A stretch of DNA of 64,000 nt from the human T2T-CHM13v2.0 reference genome, Homo sapiens, in NCBI RefSeq assembly GCF_009914755.1, contig NC_060937.1; one strand, 5' to 3'. The notes below the pieces were generated by a model. That model was not told the origin of the DNA and searched no databases. It was given only the letters and a program-made list of their open reading frames with translations. Below, in pieces: positions 10,801 to 26,800 of this stretch (position 1 is the stretch's first letter; each line of letters begins with the position of its first letter). The translations under genes and the position numbers were made by a program.

Positions 10801-13800
10801 GTGTTGTTTCCATTCCATGTCACTCCATTCCATTCCATTCCATTCCATTCCATTCCATTCCATTCCATTCCATTCCATTCCATTCTGGTTGATTCCATTA
10901 AATTCCATTCCATTCTATTCTATTCCATTCCATTCAATTCCATTCCATTCCACTCCATTCCATTCCAATCCATTCCATGCAATTCCATTCCATTCGGGTT
11001 CATTCCTTCCATTCCATTCGGATTCATGCCATTTTATTCCATTCCATTGTGTTCCGTTCCATTAATATCCATTCCATTCCATTGCATTCCATTCCATTCC
11101 ATTCCACTCAGGCTGATTCCATTCCATTCCATTCCATGCCATTCCTTTCCATTCCATTCCGTTCCATTCCATGGCATTCCACTCGGGTTGATTCCATTCC
11201 ATCCCATTCCATTCCATTCCATTCCATCCCATTCCATTCCATTCCATTCCATTCCATTCCATTCCGTTCCGTTCCATTCCACTCTGGTTGATTCCATTCC
11301 ATTCCATTCCATTCCATTCCATTCCATTCCATACCATTCCATTCCATTCCATTCCTCTTGGGTTGATTCCATTCCATTCCTTTCCATTCCATTCCATTCT
11401 ATTCCATTCCTTTCCATACCATTCCACTTGGGTTGTTTCCATAGCATTCCGTTCCATTCCATTCCATTGCATTCCATTCCATTCCATTCGGGTTGATTCC
11501 ATTCCATTCCACTCCATTGCGTTCCATTAGATTCCATTCCATTCCATTCAATTCAACCCAGATTATTTCCATCCCATTCCATTCCATTCCATTACATTCA
11601 ATTCCATTCCATTCCAGTTGATGCCAATGCATTCCATTCCATTCCATTCCATTGCCTTCCATTCCATTCCATTCCATTCGTGTTGATTCCATTCCATTCC
11701 ATTGCATTACATTCCATTCCACTCGGGTTGATTCCATTCCATTCCATTCCACTCCATTCCATTCCATTATATTCAATTCCATTTCACTTGGGTTGATTCC
11801 ATTCCATTCTATTCCATTCCATTTCACTCGGGTTGATTGCATTCCATTCTATTCCATTTTATTCCATTCAAATCCATTCCATTCCATACTATTCCACTCG
11901 GGTTGATTTCATACCATTCCATTCCATTCCTTTCCATTCCATTCCATTCCATTCATTTCCACTCGAATTCAATCTATTCCTTTCCATTCCATTCCGTTCT
12001 GTTCCATTCCATTCCATTGCATTTCATACCATTCCATTCCACTCGGGATGATTCCATTCCATTCCATTATGTTCCGTTACATTCCATTCCATTCCATTCT
12101 ATATCATTGTATTCCATTCCACTCTGATTGATTCCATTTCATTCCTTTCCATTCCACTCGGGTTGATTCCATTCCGTTCCTTTCCATTTCATTGCATTCC
12201 ATTCCATTCCATTCCATTCCATTCTACTCCATTCCATTCCATTCCACTCTGGTTGATTCCATTCCGTTCCATTCCATTCCACTCGGGTTGATTCCATTCC
12301 ATTCCATTCCATTTTATTCCATTCCATTCTGTTCCATGGCCTTCCATTCCATACCATTGCTCTCGGGTTGATTCCATACCATTCTGTTCCATTCCATTCC
12401 ATTAAACTCCATTCCACTCCATTCCACTCTGGTTGATTCCATTCCATTCCATTCCATTCCATGCCATTCCATTCCATTCGTGTTGATTCCATTCCATTCC
12501 ATTCCATTCCATTCGGGTTGATTCCTTTCCATTCCTTGCCATTCCATTTCATTCCATTCCTTTCCATTCCATTCCACTCGGGTTGATTCCGTTGCATTCC
12601 ATTCCATTCCATTGCACTTGGGTTCATTCCATTCCATTGCATTCCATTCCATGCATTTCCATTACAATCGGGTTGATTCCATAGCGTTCCATTGCATTCC
12701 ATTGCATTCCATTCCATTCCATCCCATTCGGGTTGATTCCAGCCCATTCCATTCCATTCCATTCCATTCCATTCCATTCCATTCCGTTCCATTCCATTCG
12801 GGTTGATTCCATTGCATTCCATTCCATTGCATTCCACTGCATTCCATTCCATTCCATTCCATTCCATTCCATTCCATTCCATTCCATGCCATTCCATTCC
12901 ATTCCATTCCATTCCACTCAGGTTGATTCCGCTCCATTCCATTGCATTACATTCCATTTCATTCCACTCGGGTTGATTCCTTTCCTTTCCATTCAACTCC
13001 ACTCGGGTTAATTCCATTCCGTTCCTTTCCATTTCACTCCATTCCATTCCATTCCATTCCATTCCGTTCCATTCTATTCGTGTTTATTTCATTCCATTCC
13101 ATTCCATTCCACAGCATTCCATTACACTCCGTTCCATTCTATTCGTGTTGTTTCCATTCCATTCCATTTCATTCCATTGCATTCCATTCCATTCCATTCC
13201 ATACTATTCCACTCTGGTTGATTCCATACCATTCCATTCCATTCCGTTCCAATCCATTGCATTCCATTCCAGGTGATTCCATTGCATTGCATTCTGTTCC
13301 ATTCCATTCCTTTCCATTCCATTCCACTCAGGTTGATTTCATTCCATTGCATTCCATTCCGTTCCTCTCAGGTTGATTCCATTCCATTCTATTCCATTTT
13401 ATTCCTCTCGCATTGATTCCATTCCATTCCATTCCATTCCATTCCGTTCCGTTCCACTCGGGTTGATTCCTTTCCATTCCATTCCATTTTATTCCACTCC
13501 ACTCGGGTTGATTCCATTACATTCCTTTGCATTCCATTCCATTCCATTCCATTTCATAGCATTAAACTCGGGTTGATTCCATTGCATTCCATTCCATTCC
13601 ACTCCATTCCATTCCATTTCATTCCATTACAGTTGATTCCATTCCTTTACATTCCATTCAATTCCATTCCATTCCGTTCCATTCCACTCGGGTTGATTTC
13701 ATTCCATTCCATTCCATTCCATTCGGATACATTCCATTCCATTCCATTCCATTCTATTTCATTCCATTCCATTTCATTCCACTGGTGTTTACTCCATTCC

Positions 13801-16699
13801 ACTCCATTCCTTTACATTCCATTCCATTTCATTCCACTCCATTCCAATCCATGATATTCCAATCGGTTTGAAACCATTCCTTTCCATTCCAATCCATTTC
13901 ATTCAATTCCAATCCATTCCATTCCATTCAATTCCACTCGGATTCAATCTATTGATTCCATTCCATTCTGTTCTGTTCCATTCCATTCCATTGCATTTCA
14001 CACAATCCCATTCCACTCGGAATGACTCCATTCAATTCCATTTTATTCCGTTCAATTCCATTGCATTCCATTCCATTCCATTCCACTCTGGTTGATTCCA
14101 TTCCATTCCTTTCCATTCCATTCCATTCCAGTCGGGTTGATTCCATTCCATTCCATTCCATTCCATTCCATTCCATTCCATTTCATTCCATTCCACGCCA
14201 TTCCATTACACTCCATTCCACTCGAGTTGATTCTATTCTATTCCATTCCATTCCATTCCATTCCATTCCATTCCGTTTCATTCCATGCCATTCAATTCCA
14301 TTCCATTCCGTTCCATTTCATTCCATTCCATTCCATTGCATTGCCTTTCATTCCACTCCATTCCATTCCATTCCATTCCGTTTCATTCCATGCCATTCAA
14401 TTCCATTCCGTTCCGTTCCATTCCATTCCATTCCATTCCATTGCCTTGCCTTTCATTCCACTCCATTCCATTCCATTCCATTCCATTCCATTCCATTCCA
14501 TTCCATTCCATTCCATTCCACTAGGGTTGATTCCATACCTTTCCATTCCATTCCTTTCCATTCATTCCTTTCCACTCCATTCCATTCCAGTCGGGTTGAT
14601 TCCATTCCATTCCTTTCCATTCCATTCCGTTCCATTCCATTCGGGTTGATTCTATTCCATTCCATTCCATTCCATTGCATTCAATCCCATTAAGCTGGAT
14701 TCCATTCCATTCCATTCCATTCCATTCCATTCCATTCCTTTCCATTCCATTCCGTTCCACTCGGGTTAATTCCATTCCGTTCCATTCTATTCGTGTTTAT
14801 TTCATTCCATTCCATTCCATTCCACAGCATTCCATTCCATTCCGTTCTGTTTCATTCCATTCGTGTTGTTTCCATTCCATTCCATTTCATTCCATTCCAT
14901 TCCATTCCATTCCTTTCCATTTCGTTCCATTACATTCGTGTTGTTTCCATTCCTTTCCATTCCATTCAATTGCATTCCATTACATTCCATTCCACTCGGG
15001 TTGATTTCATTCCATTCCATTCCATTCCATTCGGGTTCATTCCATTCCATTCCATTCCATTCTATTTCATTCCATTCCATTTCATTCCACTGGTGTTTAC
15101 TCCATTCCACTCCATTCCTTTCCATTCCATTTCATTCCATTCCACTCCATTCCAATCCATGACATTCCAATCGGTTTGAAACCATTCCTTTCCATTCCAA
15201 TCCATTCCTTTCCATTCAATTCCACCCGGATTCAATCTATTGATTTCATTCCATTCCGTTCTGTTCCATTCCATTTCATTGCATTGCATACAATCCCATT
15301 CCACTCGGGATGACTCCATTCAATTCCATTGTATTCTGTTCAATTCCATTGCATTCCATTCCATTCCATTCTACTCTGGTTGATTCCATTCCATTCCTTT
15401 CCATTCCATTCCATTCCAGTCGGTTTGATTCCATTCCATTGCATTCCATTCCATTGAATTCCATTCCATTCCACTCCATTCCTTTCCATTCCATTCCACT
15501 AGAGTTGATTCTATTCCATTCCATTCCATTCCTTTCAGGTTCATTCCATGCCATTCAATTCTATTTCGTTCCATTCCATTCCATTCCATTCCATTCCCTT
15601 CCATTCATTTCCATTACACTTGGGTTGATTCCATAGCATTCTTTTCCATTTCATTGCATTCCATTTCATTCCACTCCATTCCATTCCATTCCAATACCAA
15701 TGATTCCATTCCATTCCATTCCCTTCCACTCGGGTTGATTCCATTCCATTCCATTCCATTTTATTCCATTCCACTCCATTCCATGGCATTCCATTCCATA
15801 CCATTCCTCTCGGGTTGATTCCATACTAATCTATTCTATTCCATTCCATTAAACTCCATTCCATTCCATTCCACTCGGGTTGATTCCATTCCATTCCATT
15901 CCATTCCATTCCATGCCATTCCATTCCATTCGTGTTGATTCCATTCCATTCCATTCCATTCCATTCCATTCCATTCCATTCCATTCCATTCCGTTCCACT
16001 CGGGTTGAGTTCATTCCATTCCATTCCAATCCATTCCTTTCCATTCCATTCCATTCGTGTTCATTCCATTCCATTCCGTTCCATTCCATTCCGTTCCTTT
16101 CCATTCCATTCCATTCCATTGCATTCCATTCCGTCCCATTCCGTTCCTTTCCATTCGGGTTGATTCCATTCCATTCCTTTCCATTCCATTTCATTCCATT
16201 CCTTTCCATTCCATTCCACTCGGGTTGATTCCATTGCATTCTACTCCATTCTATTGCACTTGAGTTGACTCCATTCAATTCCATTCCATTCCATGCATTT
16301 CCTTTACACTCGGGTTGATTCCATAGCATTCCATTGCATTCCATTACATCCCATTCCATTCCATCCCATTCGGGCTGATTCCATTCCATTCCATTCCATT
16401 CCATTCCATTCCATTCCATTCCATTCCATTCCATTCCATTCGTTTCCATTCCATTCCGTTCCATTCCATTCGGGTTGATTCCATTCCATTAAATTCCACT
16501 GCATTCCATTCCATTCCACTCCATACTTTCCATTCCATCCCACCCGGATTGATTCCATTCTATTCCATTCCATTCTACGCTATTCCATTCCAGTTGATTT
16601 GATTGGATTCCATTCCGTTCCATTCCATTCCATTCCATTCCATTCCACTCCTTTCCATTCCATTCCATTGCATTCAACTCAGGTTGATTCCGCTCCATT

Positions 16700-19600
16700 C
16701 CATTGCATTATATTCCATTTCATTCCACTCAGGTTGATTCCTTTCCATTCCATTCCGTTCCACTCTTTTTAATTCCATTCCGTTCCTTTCCATTTCATTC
16801 CATTCCATTCCATTCCATTCCATTCCATTCTATTCCATTCCTTTCCATTCCATTCCGTTCCATGCTATTCGTGTTTATTTCATTCCATTCCACAGCATTC
16901 CATTCCATCCCGTTCCATTCCATTCCATTCGTGTTGTTTCCATTCCATTCCATTCCATTCCATTCCATTCCATTCCATTCCGTTCCACTCGGGTTGATTC
17001 TATTCCATTCCATTCCATTTTATTCCACTCCACTCGGGTTGATTCCATTCCATTCCATTGCATTCCATTGCATTCCATTCCATTCCATTCCATTCCATTG
17101 CATTAAACTCGGGTTGATTCCATTGCATTCCATTCCATTCCACTCCATTCCATTCCATTTCATTCCATTACAGTTGATTTCATTCCTTTCCATTCCATTC
17201 AATTCCATTCCATTCCGTTCCATTCCACTCGGCTTGATTTCATTCCATTCCATTCCATTCCATTCGGGTTCATTCCATTCCATTACAATCCATTCTATTT
17301 CATTCCATTCCATTCTGGTTCATTCCATTCCATTCCATTCCATTCTATTTCATTCCATTCCATTTCATTCCACTGCTGTTTACTCCATTCCACTCTATTC
17401 CTTTCCATTCCATTCCACTCCATTCCAATCCATGACATTCCAATCGGTTTGAAACCATTCCTTTCCATTCCAATCCATTCCATTCCATTCCATTCCATTC
17501 CATTCCATTCCATTCCACTCGGATTCAATCTATTGATTCCATTCCATTCCGTCCTGTTCCAATCCATTCCATTGCATTCCATACAATCCCATTCCACTCG
17601 GAATGACTCCATTCAATTCCATTGTATTCCGTTCAATTCCATTGCATTCCATTCCATTCCATTCCACTCTGGTTGATTCCATTCCATTCTTTTCCATTCC
17701 ATTCCATTCCAGTCGGGTTGATTCCATTCCATTCCATTCCATTCCATTCCATTCCATTCCAGTCGGGTTGATTCCATTCCATTCCATTCCATTCCTTCCG
17801 TTCCATTCCATTCCTTTCCATTCGGGTTGATTCCATTCCATTAATTTCCATTCCATTTCATTCCATTCCTTTCCATTCCACTCCACTCGGGTTGATTCCA
17901 TTGCATTGCATTCCATTCCATTGCACTTGAGTTGATTCCATTCCTTTCCATTCCATTCCATTCCATGCCATTCCATTCCATTCCATTCCACTCAGGTTGA
18001 TTCCGCTCCATTCCATTGCATTACATTCCATTTCATTCCATTAGGGTTGATTCCTTTCCATTCCATTCCGTTCCACTGTGGTTAATTCCATTCCGTTCCT
18101 TTCCATTCCATTCCATTCCATTCCATTCCATTCTATTCCATTCCTTTCCATTCCATTCCGTTCCATGCTGTTCGTCTTTATTTCAATCCATTCCACAGCA
18201 TTCCATTCCATTCTGTTCCGTTCCATTCCATTCGCGCTGTTTCCATTCCATTCCATTCCATTCCATTCCACTCGGGTTGATTCCATTCCATTCCATTCCA
18301 TTTTATTCCACTCCACTCGGGTTGATTCCATTGCATTCCTTTCCATTCCATTGTACTTGAGTTGATTCCACTCCTTTCCATTCCATTCCATTCCATTCCA
18401 TTCCATTCCATTCCATGCCATTCCATTCCATTCCATTCCACTCAGGTTGATTCCGCTCCATTCCATTGCATTACATTCCATTTCATTCCACTCGGGTTGA
18501 TTCCTTTCCATTCCATTCCGTTCCACTCTGGTTAATTCCATTCCGTTCCTTTCCATTTCATTCCATTCCATTCCATTCTATTCCATTCCTTTCCATTCCA
18601 TTCCGTTCCATGCTATTCGCGTTTATTTCATTCCATTCCACAGCATTCCATTCCATCCCGTTCCGTTCCATTCCATTCGTGTTGTTTCAATTCCATTCCA
18701 TTCCATTCCATTCCATTCCGTTCCACTCGGGTTGATTCCATTCCATTCCATTCCATTTTATTCCACTCCACTCGGGTTGATTCCATTCCATTCCATTGCA
18801 TTCCATTCCATTCCATTCCATTCCATTCCATTCCATTCCATTCCATTCCGTTGCATTAAACTCGGGTTGATTCCATTGCATTCCATTCCATTCCACTCCA
18901 TTCCATTCCATTTCATTCCATTACAGTTGATTCCATTCCTTTCCATTCCATTCAATTCCATTCCTTTCCGTTCCATTCCACTCGGCTTGATTTCATTCCA
19001 TTCCATTCCATTCCATTCGGGTTCATTCCATTCCATTACAATCCATTCTATTTCATTCCATTTCATTCGGGTTCATTCCATTCCATTCCATTCCATTCCA
19101 TTCTATTTCATTCCATTCCATTTCATTCCACTGCTCTTTACTCCATTCCACTCTATTCCTTTCCATTCCATTCCACTCCATTCCAATCCATGACATTCCA
19201 ATCGGTTTGAAACCATTCCTTTCCATTCCAATCCATTCCATTCCATTCCATTCCATTCCATTCCATTCCATTCCATTCCATTCAATTCCACTCGGATTCA
19301 ATCTATTGATTCCATTCCATTCCGTTCTGTTCCAATCCATCCCATTGCATTCCGTACAATCCAATTCCACTCGGAATGACTCCATTCAATTCCATTGTAT
19401 TCCGTTCAATTCCATTGCATTCCATTCCATTCCATTCCACTCTGGTTGATTCCATTCCATTCCTTTCCATTCCATTCCACTCCAGTCGGGTTGATTCCAT
19501 TCCATTCCATTCCATTCATTCCGTTCCATTCCATTCCTTTCCATTCGGGTTGATTCCATTCCATTAATTTCCATTCCATTTCATTCCATTCCTTTCCATT

Positions 19601-20290
19601 CCACTCCACTCGGGTTGATTCCATTGCATTCCATTCCATTCCATTGCACTTGAGTTGATTCCATTCCTTTCCATTCCATTCCATTCCATGCCATGCCATT
19701 CCATTCCATTCCACTCAGGTTGATTCCGCTCCATTCCATTGCATTACATTCCATTTCATTCCATTAGGGTTGATTCCTTTCCATTCCATTCCGTTCCACT
19801 GTGGTTAATTCCATTCCGTTCCTTTCCGTTCCATTCCATTCCATTCCATTCCATTCCATTCTATTCCATTCCTTTCCATTCCATTCCGTTCCATGCTATT
19901 CGTCTTTATTTCAATCCATTCCACAGCATTCCATTCCATTCTGTTCCGTTCCATTCCATTCGCGTTGTTTCCATTCCATTCCATTCCATTCCATTCCATT
20001 CCATTCCATTCCATTCCATTCCATTCTGTTCCACTCGGGTTGATTCCATTCCATTCCATTCCATTTTATTCCACTCCACTCGGGTTGATTCCATTACATT
20101 CCTTTCCATTCCATTGTACTTGAGTTGATTCCACTCCTTTCCATTCCATTCCATTCCATTCCATTCCATTCCATTCCATTCAATGCCATTCCATTCCATG
20201 CCATTCCATTCCATTCCATTCCATTCCATTCCATGCCATTCCATTCCATTCCATTCCATTCCATTCCACTCAGGTTGATTCTGCTCCATT
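16700..20290 (+). repeat. ~1.76-kb tandem duplication (units ~16700-18465 and ~18465-20290)
   Basis: Paired markers: AATCGGTTTGAAACC at 17442/19200. Paired ORF starts: 16703/18466, 17449/19207, 18016/19739. Confidence 0.85.
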
Positions 20291-20444
20291 CCATTGCATT
20301 ACATTCCATTTCATTCCACTCGGGTTGATTCCTTTCCATTCCATTCCGTTCCACTCTGGTTAATTCCATTCCGTTCCTTTAAATTTCATTCCATTCCATT
20401 CCATTCCATTCCATTCCATTCCATTCCATTCCATTCCATTCTAT

Positions 20445-23400
20445 TCCATTGCATTCCTTTCCATTCCATTCCGTTCCATGGTATTCGTGTTTATTTCATT
20501 CCATTCCACAGCATTCCATTCCATTCTGTTCCGTTCCATTCCATTCGTGTTGTTTCCATTCCATTCCATTCCATTCCATTCCATTCCATTCCATTCCATT
20601 CCATTCCGTTCCACTCGGGTTGATTCCATTCCATTCCATTCCATTTTATTCCACTCCACTCGGGTTGATTCCATGCCATTCCATTGCATTCCATTCCATT
20701 CCATTGCATTAAACTCGGGTTGATTCCATTGCATTCCATTCCATTCCAGCTCCATTCCATTCCATTTCATTCCATTACAGTTGATTCCATTCCTTTCCAT
20801 TCCATTCAATTCCATTCCATTCCGTTCCATTCCCCTCGGCTTGATTTCATTCCATTCCATTCCATTCCATTCGGGTTCATTCCATTCCATTCCATTCCGT
20901 TCTATTTCATTCCATTCCATTTCATTCGACTGGTGTTTACTCCATTCCACTCCATTCCTTTCCATTCCATTCCATTCCATTCCACTCCATTCCAATCCAT
21001 GACATTGCAATCAGTTTGAATCCATTCCTTTCCATTCCAATCCATTGCATTCCATTCCAATCCATTCCATTCCATTCAATTCCACTCGGATTCAATCTAT
21101 TGATTCCATTCCATTCCGTTCTGTTCCATTCCATTCCATTGCATTCCATACAATCCCATTCCACTCGGAATGATTCCATTCAATTCCATTGTATTTCGTT
21201 CAATTCCATTGCATTCCATTCCATTCCACTCTGGTTGATTCCATTCCATTCCTTTCCATTCCATTCCATTCCAGTCGGGTTGATTCCATTCCATTCCATT
21301 CCATTCCATTCCATTCCATTCCATTCCATTCCATCGCACTCCATTCCATTACATTCCATTTCACTCGAGTTGATTCTATTCCATTCCGTTCCATTCCATT
21401 CCATTCCATTCCATTCCGGTTCATTCCATGCCATTCCATTCCATTCCGTTCCGTTCCATTCCATTCCATTCCATTGCATTGCCTTCCATTCCACTCCATT
21501 CCATTCCATTCCATTCCATTCCACTAGGGTTGATTCCATACCTTTCCATTCCATTCATTCCTTTCCACTCCATTCCATTCCAGTCGGGTTGATTCCATTC
21601 CATTGCTTTCCATTCCATTCCATTGCATGCCATTCTATTCCATTTCACTCGGGTTGATTCCGTTGCATTCTATTCCTTTCCATTGCACTTGACTTGATTC
21701 CATTCCATTCCAATCCATTCCATTCCATTCATTTCCATTACATTCAGGTTGATTCCATAGCATTCCTTTCCATTTCATTGCATTCCATTCCATTCCACTC
21801 CATTCCATTCCATTCCATTCCATTCCACTCCATTCCATTACATTCCATTACACTCGAGTTGATTCTGTTCCATTCCACTCCATTCCATTCCATTCCATTC
21901 AATTCCTTTCCAATCCATGATATTCAACTAGCGTTGAATCCATTGCATTCCATTCCACTCCATTCCTCTCCATTCAATTCCTCTCTGATTCAATGTATTC
22001 CATTCCATTCCATTCCATTCCATTCCGTTCTGTTCCATTCCGTTCCATTGCATTCCATACCATTCCATTCCACTCGGGATGTTTCCATTCCATTCCATTA
22101 TATTCCGTTTCATTCCATTGCAATCCATTCCATTCCATTCCACTCGTGTTGATTCCATTCCATTCCATTCCATTCCATTCCATTCCATTCCATTCCATTG
22201 CATTCCTTTCCATTCCATTCCGTTCCATGGTATTCGTGTTTATTTCATTCCATTCCACAGCATTCCATTCCATTCTGTTCCGTTCCATTCCATTCGTGTT
22301 GTTTCCATTCCATTCCATTCCATTCCATTCCATTCCATTCCATTCCGTTCCACTCGGGTTGATTCCATTCCATTCCATTCCATTTTATTCCACTCCACTC
22401 GGGTTGATTCCATTCCATTCCATTGCATTCCATTCCATTCCATTGCATTAAACTCGGGTTGATTCCATTGCATTCCATTCCATTCCAGCTCCATTCCATT
22501 CCATTTCATTCCATTACAGTTGATTCCATTCCTTTCCATTCCATTCAATTCCATTCCATTCCGTTCCATTCCCCTCGGCTTGATTTCATTCCATTCCATT
22601 CCATTCCATTCGGGTTCATTCCATTCCATTCCATTCCATTCTATTTCATTCCATTCCATTTCATTCGACTGGTGTTTACTCCATTCCACTCCATTCCTTT
22701 CCATTCCATTCCATTCCATTCCACTCCATTCCAATCCATGACATTGCAATCAGTTTGAATCCATTCCTTTCCATTCCAATCCATTGCATTCCATTCCAAT
22801 CCATTCCATTCCATTCAATTCCACTCGGATTCAATCTATTGATTCCATTCCATTCCGTTCTGTTCCATTCCATTCCATTGCATTCCATACAATCCCATTC
22901 CACTCGGAATGATTCCATTCAATTCCATTGTATTTCGTTCAATTCCATTGCATTCCATTCCATTCCACTCTGGTTGATTCCATTCCATTCCTTTCCATTC
23001 CATTCCATTCCAGTCGGGTTGATTCCATTCCATTCCATTCCATTCCATTCCATTCCATTCCATTCCATCGCACTCCATTCCATTACATTCCATTTCACTC
23101 GAGTTGATTCTATTCCATTCCGTTCCATTCCATTCCATTCCATTCCATTCCGGTTCATTCCATGCCATTCCATTCCATTCCGTTCCGTTCCATTCCATTC
23201 CATTGCATTGCTTTCCATTCCACTCCATTCCATTCCATTCCATTCCATTCCACTAGGGTTGATTCCATACCTTTCCATTCCATTCCATTCCATTCATTCC
23301 TTTCCACTCCATTCCATTCCAGTCGGGTTGATTCCATTCCATTGCTTTCCATTCCATTCCATTGCATGCCATTCTATTCCATTTCACTCGGGTTGATTCC

Positions 23401-23895
23401 GTTGCATTCTATTCCTTTCCATTGCACTTGACTTGATTCCATTCCATTCCAATCCATTCCATTCCATTCATTTCCATTACACTCAGGTTGATTCCATAGC
23501 ATTCCTTTCCATTTCATTGCATTCCATTCCATTCCACTCCATTCCATTCCATTCCATTCCATTCCACTCCATTCCATTACATTCCATTACACTCGAGTTG
23601 ATTCTGTTCCATTCCACTCCATTCCATTCCATTCCATTCCATTCCTTTCCAATCCATGATATTCAACTAGCGTTGAATCCATTGCATTCCATTCCACTCC
23701 ATTCCTCTCCATTCAATTCCTCTCTGATTCAATGTATTCCATTCCATGCCATTCCATTCCATTCCGTTCTGTTCCATTCCGTTCCATTGCATTACATACC
23801 ATTCCATTCCACTCGGGATGTTTCCATTCCATTCCATTATATTCCGTTTCATTCCATTGCATTCCATTCCATTCCATTCCACTCGTGTTGATTCC
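20445..23895 (+). repeat. Near-perfect 1739-bp tandem duplication
   Basis: Constant 1739 offset between ORF pairs 20684/22423, 21016/22755, 21694/23433 and 21993/23732. Shared private variants CCAGCTCC, CATTCGACTGG and CAACTAGCGTTG. Confidence 0.93.
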
Positions 23896-26800
23896 GTTCC
23901 GTTCCTTTCCATTTAATTCCATTCCATTCCATTATATTCCATTCCACTCCATTACATTCCATTGCACTCCAGTTGATTCCATTCCATTCCATTACATTTT
24001 CTTCCAATCCATTCCTTTCCATTCCATTCCATTTGACAATATTCCACTCGGGTGGATTCCATACCATTCCATGCCATTCCATTCCATTCCATTGAATTCC
24101 ATTCCATTCCATTCCACTCGGGTTGATTCCATGCCATTCCATTCCATTCAGGTTGATTCCATTCCAATCCATTCCATTCCATTCCATTCCATTCCACTCA
24201 ATTCCATTCCATTCCACTCCATTCCATTACATTCCATTCCACTCGAGTTGATTCTATTCCATGCCATTCCATTCCATTCCATTCCATTCCATTCCATTCC
24301 ATTCCGGTTCATTCCATGCCATTCAATTCCATTCCGTTCAGTTCCATTCCATGCTATTCCATTCCATTGCATTGTCTTCCATTCCACTCCATTCCATTCC
24401 ATTCCATTCCATTCCATTCCATTCCATTGCACTCGGGTTGATTCCATACCTTACCATTCCATTCCATTCCCTTCGTTCCTTTCCATTCCATTCCATTCCA
24501 ATCGGGTTGATTCCATTCCTTTGCTTTCCATTCCATTCCATTGTATGCTTTTCTATTCCATTCCACTCGGGTTCATTCCGTTGCATTCTCTTCCATTCCA
24601 TTGCACTTGTTTTGAATCCATTCCATTCCATTCCATTCCATTCATTTCCATTACACTCGGGTTGATTCCATAGCATTCCATATCATTCCATTCCATTTCA
24701 TTTCATACCATTCCATTCCATTCCATTCCATTCCATTCTATTCCATTCCATTCCATTCCATTGCATTCTGGTTGATTCCATTCTATTCCATTCCATTCCA
24801 TTCTATTCCATTCCAGTCCGTTCCATTCCACTCGGGTTGATTCCATACCATTCCATTCCATTCCATTCCATTCATTCCTTTCCATTCCATTCCATTCCAT
24901 TCGGGTTGATTCCATTCCATTCCTTTCCATTCCATTTCATTCCATTCTTTTCCATTCCATTCCACTCGGGTTGACTCCATTGCATTCCATTCCATTCCAT
25001 TGCACTTGGGTTGATTCCATTCCATTCCATTCCATTCCATTCCATTTCATGCATTTCCCTTACACTCCGGTTGATTCCATAGCATTCCATTCCATTCCAT
25101 TCCATTCCATTCCATTCAATCCCATTCAGGTTGATTCCATTCCTTTCCATTCCATTCCATTCCATTCCATTCCATTCAATCCCATTCAGGTTGATTCCAT
25201 TCCTTTCCATTCCATTCCATTCCATTCCATTCCTTTCCATTCCATTCCGTTCCATTCCATTCGGGTTGATTCCATTCCATGAAATTCCACTGCATTCCAT
25301 TTCATTCCATTCCACTCCATTCCATTCCATTCCATACATTCCATTCCATTGCACCCAGATTGATTCCATTCTATTCCATTCCATTCTATGTTATTCCATT
25401 CCAGTTGATTCCATTGGATTCCATTCCGTTCAATTCCATTCCATACCATTCCATTCCATTCCATTCCACTCCTTTCCATTCCATTCCATTCCATTCCACT
25501 CCTTTCCATTCCATTCCATTGCATTCGACTCAGTTTGATTCCGCTATATTCCATTGCATTACATTCCATTTCATTCCACTCGGGTTTATTCCTTTCCATT
25601 CCACTCTGTTTCACTCGGGTTAATTCCATTCCGTTCCTTTCCATTTCATTCCATTCCATTCCATTCTATTCCATTCCATTCCATTACTTTCCATTCCATT
25701 CCGTTCCATTCTATTCGTGTTTATTTCATTCCATTCCATTCCGTTCCACAGCATTCCATTCCATTCAGTTCCGTTCCATTCCATTCGTGTTGTTTCCATT
25801 CCATTCCATTCCATTCCATTCCATTCCATTCCGTTCCATTCCATTCGTGTTGTTTCAATTCCATTCCATTCCACTCGGTTCCATTCCATTCCATTCCACT
25901 CCTTTCCAATCCATGACATTCAACTGGGTTGAATCCCTTGCATTCCATTCCAATCCATTCCACTCCTTTCCAATCCATGACATTCAACTGGGTTGAATCC
26001 CTTCCATTCCATTCCAATCCATTCCACTCCAGTCAATTCCTCTCAGATTCAATCTATGCCATTCCATTCCTTTCCGTTCTGTTCCATTCCATTCCATTGC
26101 ATTCCATACCATTCCATTCCACTCGGGATGATTCCATTCCATTCCATTCCATTCCATTCCATTCCATTCCATTCCATTGCTTTCCATTCCATTCCGTTCC
26201 ATTCCATTCGGGTTGATTCCATTCCATTCCATTCCATTCCATTCCATTCCATTCCATTCCATTCCATTCCATTGCTTTCCATTCCATTCCGTTCCATTCC
26301 TTTCGGATTGATTCCATTCCATTCCATTCCATTCCATTCTATGCTATTCCATTCCAGTTGATTCCATTGGATTCCATTCCGTTCCATTGCATCCCATTCC
26401 ATTCCATTCCATTCCATTCCATTCCACTCCACTCCATTCCATTCCATTCCATTGCATTAGACTCAGGTTGATTCCGCTCCATTCCATTGCATTACACTAC
26501 ATTTCATTCCACTCGGGTTGATTCCTTTCCATTCCATTCAATTCCACTAGGCTTAATTCCATTCCGTTCCTTTCCATTTCACTCCATTCCATTCCATTCC
26601 ATTCCATTCCATTGCATTCCATTCCTTTCCATTCTATTCGTGTTTATTTCATTCCATTCCATTCCATTCCACAGCATTCCATTCCATTCCGTTCCATTCT
26701 ATTCGTGTTGTTCATTCCATTCCATTCCATTCCATTCCATTCCATTGCGTTCCATTGCATTCGTGTTGATTCCACTCCATTCCATTCCACTCCATTCCAT

